DNA from: an uncultured delta proteobacterium
Lineage (GTDB): Bacteria > Myxococcota_A > Polyangia > Polyangiales > Houyiibacteriaceae
DNA: 64,000 nt
Assembly (NCBI GenBank): GCA_963768985.1
Contig: CAVYJZ010000009.1
Span: forward strand, 650,188 to 714,187
Reading direction: 5' to 3'
The position numbers and the translations under genes are program-made. Numbering within the stretch: the stretch's first letter is position 1; each line of letters starts with the position of its first letter. The notes under the pieces were generated by a model, which made no database searches, was not told the origin of the DNA, and worked only from the letters and a program-made list of their open reading frames with translations. Shown here piece by piece: positions 42,330-51,414 of the stretch.

Positions 42330-43342
42330 TCGACCACCATTTCTGCCTGGATGAGGGCGGCAGGCGCCCGGAGCGCGACGCCCCAAATGATGCGCCGTAG
42401 ATTCAGGGTCTCGGTTCGAAGCTCGATCGCGAAACCAATCACAGGCGCGGCGCCGCTCGGGTCGATGCGCACCGATCGCTTTTGCCACGCGATCTGCGCG
42501 TGCAGTACGGCGCTCTCCAACTCGGAGAGATCCTGCGTCTCGCCTCGAAACGCGCTTGCCAAAGGGGTCTTCCGAAGCTCCCAGGCGAGCCGATTGGAGA
42601 CGTCGCGGAGCGAGTCGAAGCCCATCAGCTCGACGTACAAGTCTCGCCCGAGCCAACGTCCTCCTTCGATGAACGTCAGATCGACGATCAAAGGGTCGCT
42701 CTCTGCAAAATGCAACAGCGCCGACCAGGCGTTGAGCACGTCGACGACTTGCTGGACGTACTCGACTAGTTGTCTACCGCCCTCGCGCGCATGCGCCGAT
42801 GCCCGGCGAGCAAACGTGCGCGCCAACCCTACTTCGATCTCGAACAGGGATGGATTGGGCTGATTGACGGCGCCGACGAGCGGGGCGCCGAAGGGATTGC
42901 CCCAGAGCACCAACACGCGAACTACGTCCGCCGGCGTCGGTTGGATCGAGAGCGTCCGCAGGGCTGCTTCGCCGAGCGTTCCTGTAGGGACCAAACCTCC
43001 CATGCGCACGTCCGATGCCGTACCTTGCGCCGCACCGCGGATGATCGATTGAATCGAACGCCGGTCTTCGTCCTCGAAGATCACTGCCAGCGTTGCGCGA
43101 CGGGCGCCACCACACCAGCGCTCGAGCACCGCCATTTGCCCGGCGGCGTATCGCCGAATCGCCAGCTCCAAGCTTGCCGGTGTCGCCGGCGCGTCAGAGC
43201 GGACCAATCCGAGGGCACTCAGCTCCCGCTGCAGAGTCATCAGGCTGGTGGCGCTCGCCAGTCTCTCCAGCTCGCTTGCGGCAAGGAGGTGGGTTCGAAG
43301 CCCCCGTGCGCGCGCGTTGATGTCGCCCAGGTACCGTGCCAT
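42326..43342 (-). CDS. atpC: V/A-type ATP synthase subunit C (eukaryotic d-type)
   Basis: 338 aa, helical. The call is supported mainly by its position between E and F. Confidence 0.7.
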   Translation of the reverse strand: MARYLGDINARARGLRTHLLAASELERLASATSLMTLQRELSALGLVRSDAPATPASLELAIRRYAAGQMAVLERWCGGARRATLAVIFEDEDRRSIQSIIRGAAQGTASDVRMGGLVPTGTLGEAALRTLSIQPTPADVVRVLVLWGNPFGAPLVGAVNQPNPSLFEIEVGLARTFARRASAHAREGGRQLVEYVQQVVDVLNAWSALLHFAESDPLIVDLTFIEGGRWLGRDLYVELMGFDSLRDVSNRLAWELRKTPLASAFRGETQDLSELESAVLHAQIAWQKRSVRIDPSGAAPVIGFAIELRTETLNLRRIIWGVALRAPAALIQAEMVVE

Positions 43343-43344
43343 CG

Positions 43345-43926
43345 CTAGGCCTCCCCGAGCAAGGTGTGGATTTCGATCGCCAGGACCGATGCCAGACTGT
43401 CGACCCGCGCGTCGAGTCGAGCATCGACGAGGACCGACTCTTCTCGACCAACGACGATGAAACCCGTGCCGAGATCGGACACCGGTTGCACTTTGATCTC
43501 CGGTTGGGCGTGAAGGGCCTCCCGCAGGATGGAGGCCAGATCGACGGAACAGCGTACCACTGCGCCGTCCCGCTCCACGAACTGGAGCGCCTCCGTCAGC
43601 TCGGCGCTTAGACCCGAGAGATAGGACTGCCGTGCTGCGGCTTCGGGGAGAAGATCCCGGACTCGCTCCAGTACACGATCCACGACGCGAGTCCGAGCTA
43701 GGAGCACGGCGCGCATTGCTGCGTGCCGTTCGGACGCGATCGCTATGCGGGCTTCCGAGCCATACTCGTCCTCCTTATCCTTCAACACCTTTCTTCGCCG
43801 GTCTGCGATCAGCAGGTCGGCCTCCGAAGCGAGCCGCGCCACCTCCGCGTGCGCGGCGCTCAGAATGGACGCAGCCGTCGTTTCGGCCCGCGTTCGCAGC
43901 TCGGTGTCGAGGTCAGATGCAGCCAT
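43345..43926 (-). CDS. atpE: V/A-type ATP synthase subunit E (peripheral stalk)
   Basis: 193 aa. Long N-terminal helix and a globular C-terminus (...GFIVVGREESVLVDARLDARV). Position between K and C. Confidence 0.75.
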   Translation of the reverse strand: MAASDLDTELRTRAETTAASILSAAHAEVARLASEADLLIADRRRKVLKDKEDEYGSEARIAIASERHAAMRAVLLARTRVVDRVLERVRDLLPEAAARQSYLSGLSAELTEALQFVERDGAVVRCSVDLASILREALHAQPEIKVQPVSDLGTGFIVVGREESVLVDARLDARVDSLASVLAIEIHTLLGEA

Positions 43927-43933
43927 TCGTTCC

Positions 43934-44155
43934 TCAGCCTCCTCCCTGCATGAGGATGAGAACCGCGATCACGAATCCGAGGATCGCAACGGTTTCCGGT
44001 ATGGCGATCAAGAGCACGACGGTGACCGTGAGCTCGGGCTTCTCCGCGAGTGCCGCGGCAGCGGCCGGACCGATGCGCGACTGAGCCCAGCCCGTGGCGA
44101 GTGCCGGGATACCGACCGCCAGAGCTGCGCTCAAGTAAATCAAAACCGCTTCCAT
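43934..44155 (-). CDS. atpK: V/A-type ATP synthase proteolipid subunit K/L (c-ring)
   Basis: 73 aa, two TM helices. GWAQSRIGPAAAAALAEKPE and LLIAIPETVAILGF closely parallel my recollection of the Thermus L subunit (GVAQARIG / LLPETLVIFG). The track ORF is over-extended. Confidence 0.85.
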   Translation of the reverse strand: MEAVLIYLSAALAVGIPALATGWAQSRIGPAAAAALAEKPELTVTVVLLIAIPETVAILGFVIAVLILMQGGG

Positions 44156-44156
44156 A

Positions 44157-46049
44157 TCAATTGCTCCTCTCCTCAATCGCGCTGTCGCGCGCGGACCAAT
44201 GTCGCAAGGGCAGGTACTGCGAACCGCCTGGGCTGTAGAACTTTCCAAAGAACTCCACGAAATGAAGTCGAAGCATGTGAATCGTCGGGCTGAACACGCC
44301 GAGCACGAAGTTGATCAAATGAAAGAGCAGGGCGAACACCACGCCAACGACTACGCTCCCGAACGCACCGACCATACGATTCGCGACGATGGCCATCATG
44401 ACCGAGGCCGTGCCCACGGCCATGATACGAGCATACGAAAGGACGTTGCCGAGCGTGGAGACGAGCTCGATGGGCGCGAGCACCCCTTCTGCGATGATCA
44501 GGATCGGGAACGCGACGAGCGCCGTGATGACCAGAGGCGTGAAGAATCGCGCAGGAAGCATATCGAACGCGGCCATCAGCGCCAGGGCAATGAGGATCAC
44601 CATCACAGCCGCCATGCCCTTTCCGATGGCCCGGCGTTTGTCACCACGAAACATCTTCACAGCTCCCACGACCAGGCCGAGCACGATGTGCACGAGCCCG
44701 AGCGCGATGGCCAGACCGAGGAACGGAAAAAATGCCTCTTCGCGGTTGAACACAATCGGACGCAGTCCGAAGCGGTGTCCGAGGTTGCCGAAGAGCTCTC
44801 CATACAAGAAGCCGAACACGATCGAGAACAAGGCGCACGCGAGGCCGATCTCGGAGATCGACCGTAACTTGGTGTTGGCCCGCGAACGGACTCTCAAGAT
44901 CAAAGAAATGATGGCGAGCATCGTTCCGTATCCGACGTCCCCGAGCACGACGCCGAAGAACATCGGGAAGAAGATCGCGACGAACGGCGTTGGGTCCACC
45001 GTTCCGTACTTCGGTAGCGGCATCATCCCCGTAATTGCTTCAAATGGACGAAAGAGGCGTGGGTTGTGGAGAACGACGGGGACGGTATCGCCGAACCACT
45101 CCTCCGACGAGACGGTCTCGATCTCGATTCGGTCGCCGAACGATTTCCTGAATTCGCTCCGGAGCTCAGTGAGCGCAGCGCTGGGAATCCAACCTTCCAA
45201 GACAAACGCGCGGGGTGTCAGGAGCGCGTGTTCCATGGCTTCGATCGCCGCCAGGTGATCTCGGACGCTCGCCTGAATGCGCATGAGCTCCCGTCCCCGC
45301 TCTTCGGCGATGCGGGCCCGGCGCCGTTCGATCGCATCGAGCTCGCCCGGTAGCGCGTCGAGACGGGACTGCATCCGTTGGATCGTGGCTCCCACGCTCT
45401 CCTCTTCGAACTGGTCGGGCAGGGAAAGCGCTTGCACCCCGGCTTCGCTGAGGAGCTGTTCGGCCTTACGCGCGTCGGCCGCAGGGACGGCGAGGAGCAT
45501 CGCAGCCCCCCCCGCCTCCGACGATTGCCCGAGGAGCTCGAATCCATCCCCCAGTGCCTCGCGCAGCGCGACGCGCGTCCGTCGGAGCTCCTGCTCATCG
45601 TTTTCTCTGAGCACCAGATAGAAGATGCGAATACCATCGAGGTCCAATCCGGATTCGCTAATCTTCCGAAAGGCCGCGAAGAACGGACGAAATTTCAGGA
45701 TGAGGGACCGCTCTTCTTCGAGCTCTTGGCGCTTCTCGGCCGAGGCCTCCAACTCTCTACGGCTTCGTCTCGCGATCAACGCGGCGCGGTCCAGTGGGAT
45801 CTCGTTCGACACCCCCGTTGAGATCGGTGTCGCCCCAAGGAGCTGAATCGCGACGTCGACATCTTCGCTGATGCGCCGAACCCGGCGAACGTGACGTTCT
45901 TCCTCGCGCGAACGACCGACACGGCGGAGCGACTCGGTCTCTGCAGGTTCGACCAGTTGAATCAAGCCCAGGTCCTGCACGCGTCCCAAGACCGCTTGGA
46001 GTTGATCTCTCGGACCGAGGATCCGAATCCGGGCCATGTCCAGAATCAT
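44157..46049 (-). CDS. atpI: V/A-type ATP synthase subunit I (a-type stator)
   Basis: 630 aa from the ATG at 46049 (ATGA overlap with the upstream small-subunit stop). Soluble N-terminal half (MILDMARIRILGPRDQLQAVL...) and a multi-TM C-terminal half with a conserved Arg region (...LSYARIMAVG...). The first 173 codons of the track ORF are Arg-rich and rejected. Confidence 0.85.
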   Translation of the reverse strand: MILDMARIRILGPRDQLQAVLGRVQDLGLIQLVEPAETESLRRVGRSREEERHVRRVRRISEDVDVAIQLLGATPISTGVSNEIPLDRAALIARRSRRELEASAEKRQELEEERSLILKFRPFFAAFRKISESGLDLDGIRIFYLVLRENDEQELRRTRVALREALGDGFELLGQSSEAGGAAMLLAVPAADARKAEQLLSEAGVQALSLPDQFEEESVGATIQRMQSRLDALPGELDAIERRRARIAEERGRELMRIQASVRDHLAAIEAMEHALLTPRAFVLEGWIPSAALTELRSEFRKSFGDRIEIETVSSEEWFGDTVPVVLHNPRLFRPFEAITGMMPLPKYGTVDPTPFVAIFFPMFFGVVLGDVGYGTMLAIISLILRVRSRANTKLRSISEIGLACALFSIVFGFLYGELFGNLGHRFGLRPIVFNREEAFFPFLGLAIALGLVHIVLGLVVGAVKMFRGDKRRAIGKGMAAVMVILIALALMAAFDMLPARFFTPLVITALVAFPILIIAEGVLAPIELVSTLGNVLSYARIMAVGTASVMMAIVANRMVGAFGSVVVGVVFALLFHLINFVLGVFSPTIHMLRLHFVEFFGKFYSPGGSQYLPLRHWSARDSAIEERSN

Positions 46050-46423
46050 CGAGGTTCTCCAGAATCCGGTGCGCCGACGACGAGATCCACGACGTGGAGG
46101 GCCAGGTCCGTGATCTTGGTATCGTCGAGCCCGTCCAGTCGTTCGGCTGCCTGTTGTGAATCCCGTTGAATCGAGCCGATGGCGTTCTCTCGATCTCGCG
46201 CGATGCGTTCCTGCAGCTCGAGGTTCTCCGCTTCGACTTCGAGCTCGAACTGTCGGACGCGAGTGTCCGCTGCCATCTGTGCTGCTTCGACGAGCTCCTC
46301 CGCTTCGCGCCGCGCCGCCTTGAGCATCGCCTCGAGCGCGTTCTCGGTTTCGAGGAGACGACTGAGCTTGCTCCCCGCCTGGGAGTCGTCGCGCTTTCCT
46401 TCGTCCTTCCGCTTTGCCGACAT
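46046..46423 (-). CDS. V/A-type ATP synthase small peripheral-stalk subunit (G/H-type)
   Basis: 125 aa, one long charged helix (LLETENALEAMLKAARREAEELVEAAQ...). First gene of the operon, as in the Thermus G-I-L-E-C-F-A-B-D order. Confidence 0.6.
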   Translation of the reverse strand: MSAKRKDEGKRDDSQAGSKLSRLLETENALEAMLKAARREAEELVEAAQMAADTRVRQFELEVEAENLELQERIARDRENAIGSIQRDSQQAAERLDGLDDTKITDLALHVVDLVVGAPDSGEPR

Positions 46424-46474
46424 GTTCAACTGCCCATCTGGAACGTACCAGAAGCTGCTTCCTGGGTGTCGGGG

Positions 46475-47650
46475 TTAAACGACCCGAGCGCGAGGGGTCA
46501 GACCCAGGAGCAATGCTCCGCTCAAGGTCACCGTGCCGGCGATCCAGAAGACAACGTTGTAATTCCAAGCAGCCGCGACCAGGCCGAGGGCATACGCAAA
46601 AAATGCGTTACCGCCGTTGAACGAGCCGTGGATGATCGACACCACCATGCCCCGCGAGGAGGAATCGGCCCGTTCGATGCCGAGGGCGGTTACCGCAGGA
46701 TACGCGATGCCGTGTCCGAGCCCCATCATGGCCCCGATCGCAAATAGATGGTGGGGGCCGAGGATTCCGAGCATCGGTGGGACGGCCGCGTACACGCAAA
46801 AGGCGACGATCGAGGAGCGAAGCACACCGAAGCGGTCGATGAGACGTCCCCCGCCGAGCCGCACCGTCAGTGCGACGATCGCAAACCCAATGAAGAAGCT
46901 CCGCACCGCCGTCACGCCGTGCTCGAGCGCGAACGGTTGGTGCAGGGTGAAAAGGGCGGTGAACGCGGCGGTCATCACGAAGGTCGCGCCGTAGACGCGC
47001 AGCAGCGACCTGCCCAGGATCGGACGCTTCAGCTCTGGTTCTCGCGGTTGGTACCGAGGCGGCTCTTTGATGCGCGTGCTGAGGAGCATCGCGAGCAGAC
47101 CGGCGGTCGCGCTCGCGGCGAAGACGTAGGTCCAGCCAACCGAATCCGCGAGGATCTCCCCAATCGTCGGTGAGACGGCGTTCATTCCGAGGTTCGCTGC
47201 GCCGAAAAAACCGAGCGCTTGAGCCATGCGATCGCTGGGTGCGATGTCAGCGGTCATCGTGCCGGCAGCATTGAACCCCATCACCATCCCGACTCCCCAG
47301 CACATCTGTGCGATGTAGAGGAGCGGCCCATCGTGATCGACGAAAACATAGATCAGGCCTGTTAGAGCGAGCATGAGGTTGCCGAATATCAACCATGGCC
47401 GTCGGCCGTATCGATCGACCAGCCAGCCCACCAGCGGGGTGATCGCGACCGCGGACACACCTTGGACCGCGACTGCGCGTCCGATCCCAGCCGCGTCCAT
47501 GCCCATCTCGGTGGCGAAAAATTTCGGCAGAATCAGATAGAAGGACCAGGAGAATCCAAAGAACGAAACCGACGCGAGCAACAGGAGGAAGTCGCGCGAC
47601 AGGAGAGGGGGGGTCCCGTGGGACGGCCGGGACTTCGACGGGGCAAGCAT
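46475..47650 (-). CDS. MFS transporter
   Basis: 391 aa, about 12 TM segments. Loop motif GWLVDRYGRRPW between TM2 and TM3. Confidence 0.85.
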   Translation of the reverse strand: MLAPSKSRPSHGTPPLLSRDFLLLLASVSFFGFSWSFYLILPKFFATEMGMDAAGIGRAVAVQGVSAVAITPLVGWLVDRYGRRPWLIFGNLMLALTGLIYVFVDHDGPLLYIAQMCWGVGMVMGFNAAGTMTADIAPSDRMAQALGFFGAANLGMNAVSPTIGEILADSVGWTYVFAASATAGLLAMLLSTRIKEPPRYQPREPELKRPILGRSLLRVYGATFVMTAAFTALFTLHQPFALEHGVTAVRSFFIGFAIVALTVRLGGGRLIDRFGVLRSSIVAFCVYAAVPPMLGILGPHHLFAIGAMMGLGHGIAYPAVTALGIERADSSSRGMVVSIIHGSFNGGNAFFAYALGLVAAAWNYNVVFWIAGTVTLSGALLLGLTPRARVV

Positions 47651-47806
47651 CGCGGGATTTCTATTAGCACCGGAAATCGGGCAGCGGGCGCGGACTTTCC
47701 CGTCCGTTTTCAGGGGCTAGGAAATAATCCGGGTTGCTGGTAGTGTTTTCCAATCATCTTCGTCTGCCTTGCTTGCAAAACAACGTTTGAGTCCTGAGGG
47801 GGCCGT

Positions 47807-48310
47807 ATGCGTGTGGCTGACGTCATGAGTAACAGGCCGGTGACCATCACTCCGAACGTTCCGGTCTCCGAAGCCTTTCGAGTTGCAGCCGCGTTCGGGG
47901 TTCAACATCTGGTCGTCACCAGGGGTCGCTCGCCGGTGGGCCTCGTGTGCATTCGCTGCGATCTCGCGGATGCCTTTCCGAGGCGTCCCGTCAGTCAATA
48001 CATGACGCGACCGATCACGATAGGCGCGTACGAGTCCGCGGAGCGGGCGAGCCTCCAGATGTGCCAAAGGGGGATCGGTGCACTGATCGTACGCGGCGGC
48101 GATGCGGGCTGGGGGATCGCGACCCGAGGTGACCTGCTACGCGCCGGCTTCCGAGCCGGAGAGGAGGCGGGGCTGTTCTTCTGCGCGGCTTGTGGCACCC
48201 ACATGCACGTACATCCAGTTCCCGGTTGTGAGTGGGTCGCGTTTTGCGTCGAGTGCTGGGATCGGGCAGGGCCGCCACGAATCGGCGAAGATCTCGGCGT
48301 ATCGGACTAG
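47807..48310 (+). CDS. CBS-pair domain protein with a C-terminal Cys4 zinc-ribbon-like tail
   Basis: 167 aa. Two CBS repeats (VADVMSNRPVTITPNVPVSEA..., VSQYMTRPITIGAYESAERA...). The tail reads CAACGTHMHVHPVPGCEWVAFCVEC. RBS GAGGGGG is upstream. Confidence 0.75.
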   Translation: MRVADVMSNRPVTITPNVPVSEAFRVAAAFGVQHLVVTRGRSPVGLVCIRCDLADAFPRRPVSQYMTRPITIGAYESAERASLQMCQRGIGALIVRGGDAGWGIATRGDLLRAGFRAGEEAGLFFCAACGTHMHVHPVPGCEWVAFCVECWDRAGPPRIGEDLGVSD

Positions 48311-48319
48311 CTCGAGCGA

Positions 48320-49858
48320 TTGCGACCGCGGGACCGGCCCCGTGCGCTGCACGACGCCGACCGCGCTACTGTGATAAGGACGGCATCGGTGTCCGCTGCT
48401 TCCGACGATCGGCGCTTTGCGACCTCCTCCTGGCTCTTTGGACGGGCCCTCGGCGGCGTGCTTCTGATCGCGTTCGGCTCGCTTGGTTTTCAAGCGAAGG
48501 GGCTATTCGGCGCCAACGGCGTGATGCCGATCTCGATCTTCGTCGAGTCGGCGAAGAGCGCGGGACATAGCTTCTGGCAGCACCCTAGCGCGCTCTGGTG
48601 GAGCAGCAGTGACGCGATGATCACCGCCATCTGGATCATCGGCGCGGTCGCATCGGTTTCGCTCTTGCTGGGCTGGATGCCCAAAGCGGCACTTGGAATC
48701 TCTTGGTTCGCCTATCTTTCGTTCGTCAGCCTCGGCTGGCCCTTCATGTCGTTTCAGTGGGACACACTTCTGCTCGAAGTGTCGTTCACGGCCATCTTCT
48801 TCGTGCCGTTGCGCATTTGGGACCGGCTCGCTTCGCACCCCGAGCCGAATCCGGTCGCCCGCTGGGCGCTGTGGTGGCTGCTGTTCCGGCTCATGTTCCG
48901 ATCGGGCTACGTGAAGTTGGCCAGCGGTGATCCAGCCTGGGCCGATCTGAGCGCGTTGACATATCACTATTGGACCCAGCCCTTGCCGACTGCGCTCGCC
49001 TGGTACGCGAACCTGCTGCCCGATTGGTTTCAGAAACTTTCCTGCGTGCTGATGTTCGTCGTCGAATTCGGCGCGCCGATCCTGATCTGGATCCCGCTCC
49101 CGAGGGCGCGACGGTCCGCGGCTGCTGCGATCACCGCTCTGATGTGCCTGATCGCTGCCACCGGGAACTACGGGTTCTTCAATTTGCTGACGATCGTGCT
49201 CTGCGTGCCGCTCTTGGACGACTGCTTGCTGAGCCGCGTCGCGCTTCGCCGACCTGTCCTCGACGCGCCGCTTCGTCCCGCAGCGTTTCAGCACCGATGG
49301 TCGTCCGTGGCCCCGGCGCTGATCATCGCGCTCTCAGCCGCCGTCTTTTTCACGGGCACCTTCGGCGAGCGGGTGCCCAGTTGGCTGAGTCCGGTCTACC
49401 GCTTCAGCACGTTCAACAACTACGGGCTGTTCGCCGTGATGACCACCGAGCGAGCGGAGATCAACATCGAAGGCACCCTCGACGGAGAGAACTGGAAACC
49501 CTACGTGTTCCGCGACAAGCCGGGCCCGCTCGATAGAGCGCCCGTCTGGAACGCCCCGCATCAGCCCCGGCTCGATTGGCAGATGTGGTTTGCGGCGCTG
49601 GGCGATTACCGCACGAACGCTTGGCTCGGAAGCCTGATGAGGCGGCTTCTGCAGGGCGAGCCGAGCGTTCTCCGGCTCCTCGGCGGCAATCCCTTTGAAG
49701 CGGAGCCGCCCAAACAGGTGAGGGCCGTCATTTACCGCTACGAATTCACCGATCGCGACGAACGCAAGGCTACGGGCGATTGGTGGAAGCGCCGCGATCC
49801 GATGCTCTACGCGCCGATCCTAGGCGTGCCGATCGAACCGGCTAGTACTGCAGAGTGA
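48320..49858 (+). CDS. Lipase maturation factor (LMF1-like) family membrane protein
   Basis: About 500 aa, multi-TM. WWLLFRLMFRSGYVKLASGDPAWADLSALTYHYWTQPLP matches the conserved LMF core. Start is uncertain (TTG at 48320, GTG at 48371 or 48389). Confidence 0.7.
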   Translation: MRPRDRPRALHDADRATVIRTASVSAASDDRRFATSSWLFGRALGGVLLIAFGSLGFQAKGLFGANGVMPISIFVESAKSAGHSFWQHPSALWWSSSDAMITAIWIIGAVASVSLLLGWMPKAALGISWFAYLSFVSLGWPFMSFQWDTLLLEVSFTAIFFVPLRIWDRLASHPEPNPVARWALWWLLFRLMFRSGYVKLASGDPAWADLSALTYHYWTQPLPTALAWYANLLPDWFQKLSCVLMFVVEFGAPILIWIPLPRARRSAAAAITALMCLIAATGNYGFFNLLTIVLCVPLLDDCLLSRVALRRPVLDAPLRPAAFQHRWSSVAPALIIALSAAVFFTGTFGERVPSWLSPVYRFSTFNNYGLFAVMTTERAEINIEGTLDGENWKPYVFRDKPGPLDRAPVWNAPHQPRLDWQMWFAALGDYRTNAWLGSLMRRLLQGEPSVLRLLGGNPFEAEPPKQVRAVIYRYEFTDRDERKATGDWWKRRDPMLYAPILGVPIEPASTAE

Positions 49859-51269
49859 ACGACACGGACGCCCAATAGGTGAGCACCTTGTAGTTGCCAG
49901 GGCAGCCGGTGCGCACCACTTGCTCATCCGAACACAGCAACGTGGTTTGCGTCGTTCCGGGAATGATCGCTTGCGTGCGAATGTATTCGTTCCCGATGTT
50001 CCCTTTCGTGAACGCGAACGCGGTGGCGAGATCGAGCCTGTACTTATCCTTGATGCTCGGGTCGTTCCGGTCTTTCCAATAGAACCCGAGGCCGCCGGAC
50101 AAGTTGCCGCTCAAGCCCGGAGGCGGCGTGAAATACTGCGCAAACTGGCCCGTCGTCGCGGCTTCCGCGATGTTGGCACCCAATCGAAGCGCCAGCAGGT
50201 CCTTGGTGAAGCGATACTCGAACCCAAGCTTGACGCTCCAAACATTTTTCCAGCCGAAGGGCACTACGATCGTTTGCAACACGGTTCCGTTGGGGGCGGT
50301 GGCGACGACCGTTTGGTTCTGATTGCCGGTTTTGGCAGCGGCGTGGAACTGGTTTCTGCCCTCGAGTGCCAGGAGCGCGTGCTTCGTCGCTTGATAAGAA
50401 ATCCCATAGGAAAGCGCGTTCGGGATGTTGTAGTCCGCCGTGGAGTGGAGCACGGTTCCGGGAAGCAGATCGGTTTCGGTGGTGCCCGACAGGCTGATCT
50501 TCGAATACATGCGGTACACCAAGCTGATGTTCACCTTCTCGTGCGGTTTCCAAGTGATTCCGATCTTCGGTGACGGGAACCCCATCCCTCCGAGGTTGTT
50601 CTTCACTCGGCCGTAGTTCGGCTTACCCGGCGTATACCCGGGGAGGGCAGCTCCCACGTTTTGGTAAAGGTCGGCGGTCTGCTTGGAGAACGGCAGCCGC
50701 AGTGCGAGCCCGAGCCAGAGCTTCTTGTGGACCCGGAATGAGAAGCCCCCGGCAAATTCACCGACGAAAAACGTCACGCTGAGGTTTTGAGGCGCGGGGT
50801 TGGTGCATTGGCCGGGCCCTTGGTTGGTGTCCGTGTCGGGTTTGTAGTCGGGGGCAGGTCCGACAGGATCGCCATCTAGGCAGGTCACGTTCTTGAAGGA
50901 CGAACCGTAACCGGTTTCGATGTAGATGCCCCCGGCGAACACTACGCGCGGAGCGATTCTACCGGCAAGGAATCCTGAAGGCAGCGGCCCATAGCCCAAA
51001 CCGGAGGAGACACTGGTGTTGGGACCCTGCACCGGTGCGGTCTGGTTCACCAAGAGGTTCGTGAAGTTGAAGGTGAACCCTATCTTCTTGATGCCTTCCA
51101 AGTTCGCAGGGTTCATCGCGAGGGCTGCCGGCCGCTGAAGGAAAGTCACCCCGGTGAGACCCATGCCAATGCTCCGCGAGTCGTACGCGGTTGGTTCGGG
51201 GTTGGCGCTTGCAAACGCCGGAGTGAGCAGGCCCGCGAGCAGGCATGTGGTCAGTAGTTTGTGCTTCAT
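49842..51269 (-). CDS. Outer-membrane beta-barrel protein (FadL/OmpP1-like)
   Basis: 475 aa from the ATG at 51269 (GGAGGAG RBS). Signal peptide MKHKLLTTCLLAGLLTPAFASA. Alternating beta-strand pattern. C-terminal ...SVSFTLQY ends in an aromatic residue. Confidence 0.7.
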   Translation of the reverse strand: MKHKLLTTCLLAGLLTPAFASANPEPTAYDSRSIGMGLTGVTFLQRPAALAMNPANLEGIKKIGFTFNFTNLLVNQTAPVQGPNTSVSSGLGYGPLPSGFLAGRIAPRVVFAGGIYIETGYGSSFKNVTCLDGDPVGPAPDYKPDTDTNQGPGQCTNPAPQNLSVTFFVGEFAGGFSFRVHKKLWLGLALRLPFSKQTADLYQNVGAALPGYTPGKPNYGRVKNNLGGMGFPSPKIGITWKPHEKVNISLVYRMYSKISLSGTTETDLLPGTVLHSTADYNIPNALSYGISYQATKHALLALEGRNQFHAAAKTGNQNQTVVATAPNGTVLQTIVVPFGWKNVWSVKLGFEYRFTKDLLALRLGANIAEAATTGQFAQYFTPPPGLSGNLSGGLGFYWKDRNDPSIKDKYRLDLATAFAFTKGNIGNEYIRTQAIIPGTTQTTLLCSDEQVVRTGCPGNYKVLTYWASVSFTLQY

Positions 51270-51344
51270 GACGGGGGCTCCTCCGCCCAGCGTGCGGCCC
51301 TGGGGGCCGGCGCAGCATACATGGAAAGCCCACCGATAAGTCAA

Positions 51345-51387
51345 CCAAAAAACCCGATGCTGCGATGCGCAAATGCGCAGTGCATCG
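51345..51387 (-). terminator. Rho-independent terminator of msrA
   Basis: On the minus strand: CGATGC-AC-TGCGC-ATTT-GCGCA-TCGCA-GCATCG (two-part stem, 51355..51387) followed by GGTTTTTTGG (T-tract 51347..51352). 28 nt downstream of the msrA stop. Confidence 0.55.
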
Positions 51388-51414
51388 CGGAGCTTTGGTT
51401 CACTCGCGCGATGT

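Noticed and set aside
43934-44155. Possible Na+-binding signature (Q...ET) in the V-ATPase proteolipid
   Set aside because: As I recall it, the same GxAQxRIG / PET pattern occurs in the proton-translocating Thermus L subunit. The motif alone does not support a Na+ specificity claim.
44157-46568. N-terminal 173 codons of the 803-aa track ORF, and similar 5' extensions of 1386..3185, 11452..13209, 15232..17532, 38861..40441 and 51415..52374
   Set aside because: The extensions are Arg/Ser/Pro-rich and overlap the upstream gene. In each case an internal ATG gives a start-stop overlap or a good RBS and a protein of canonical length.
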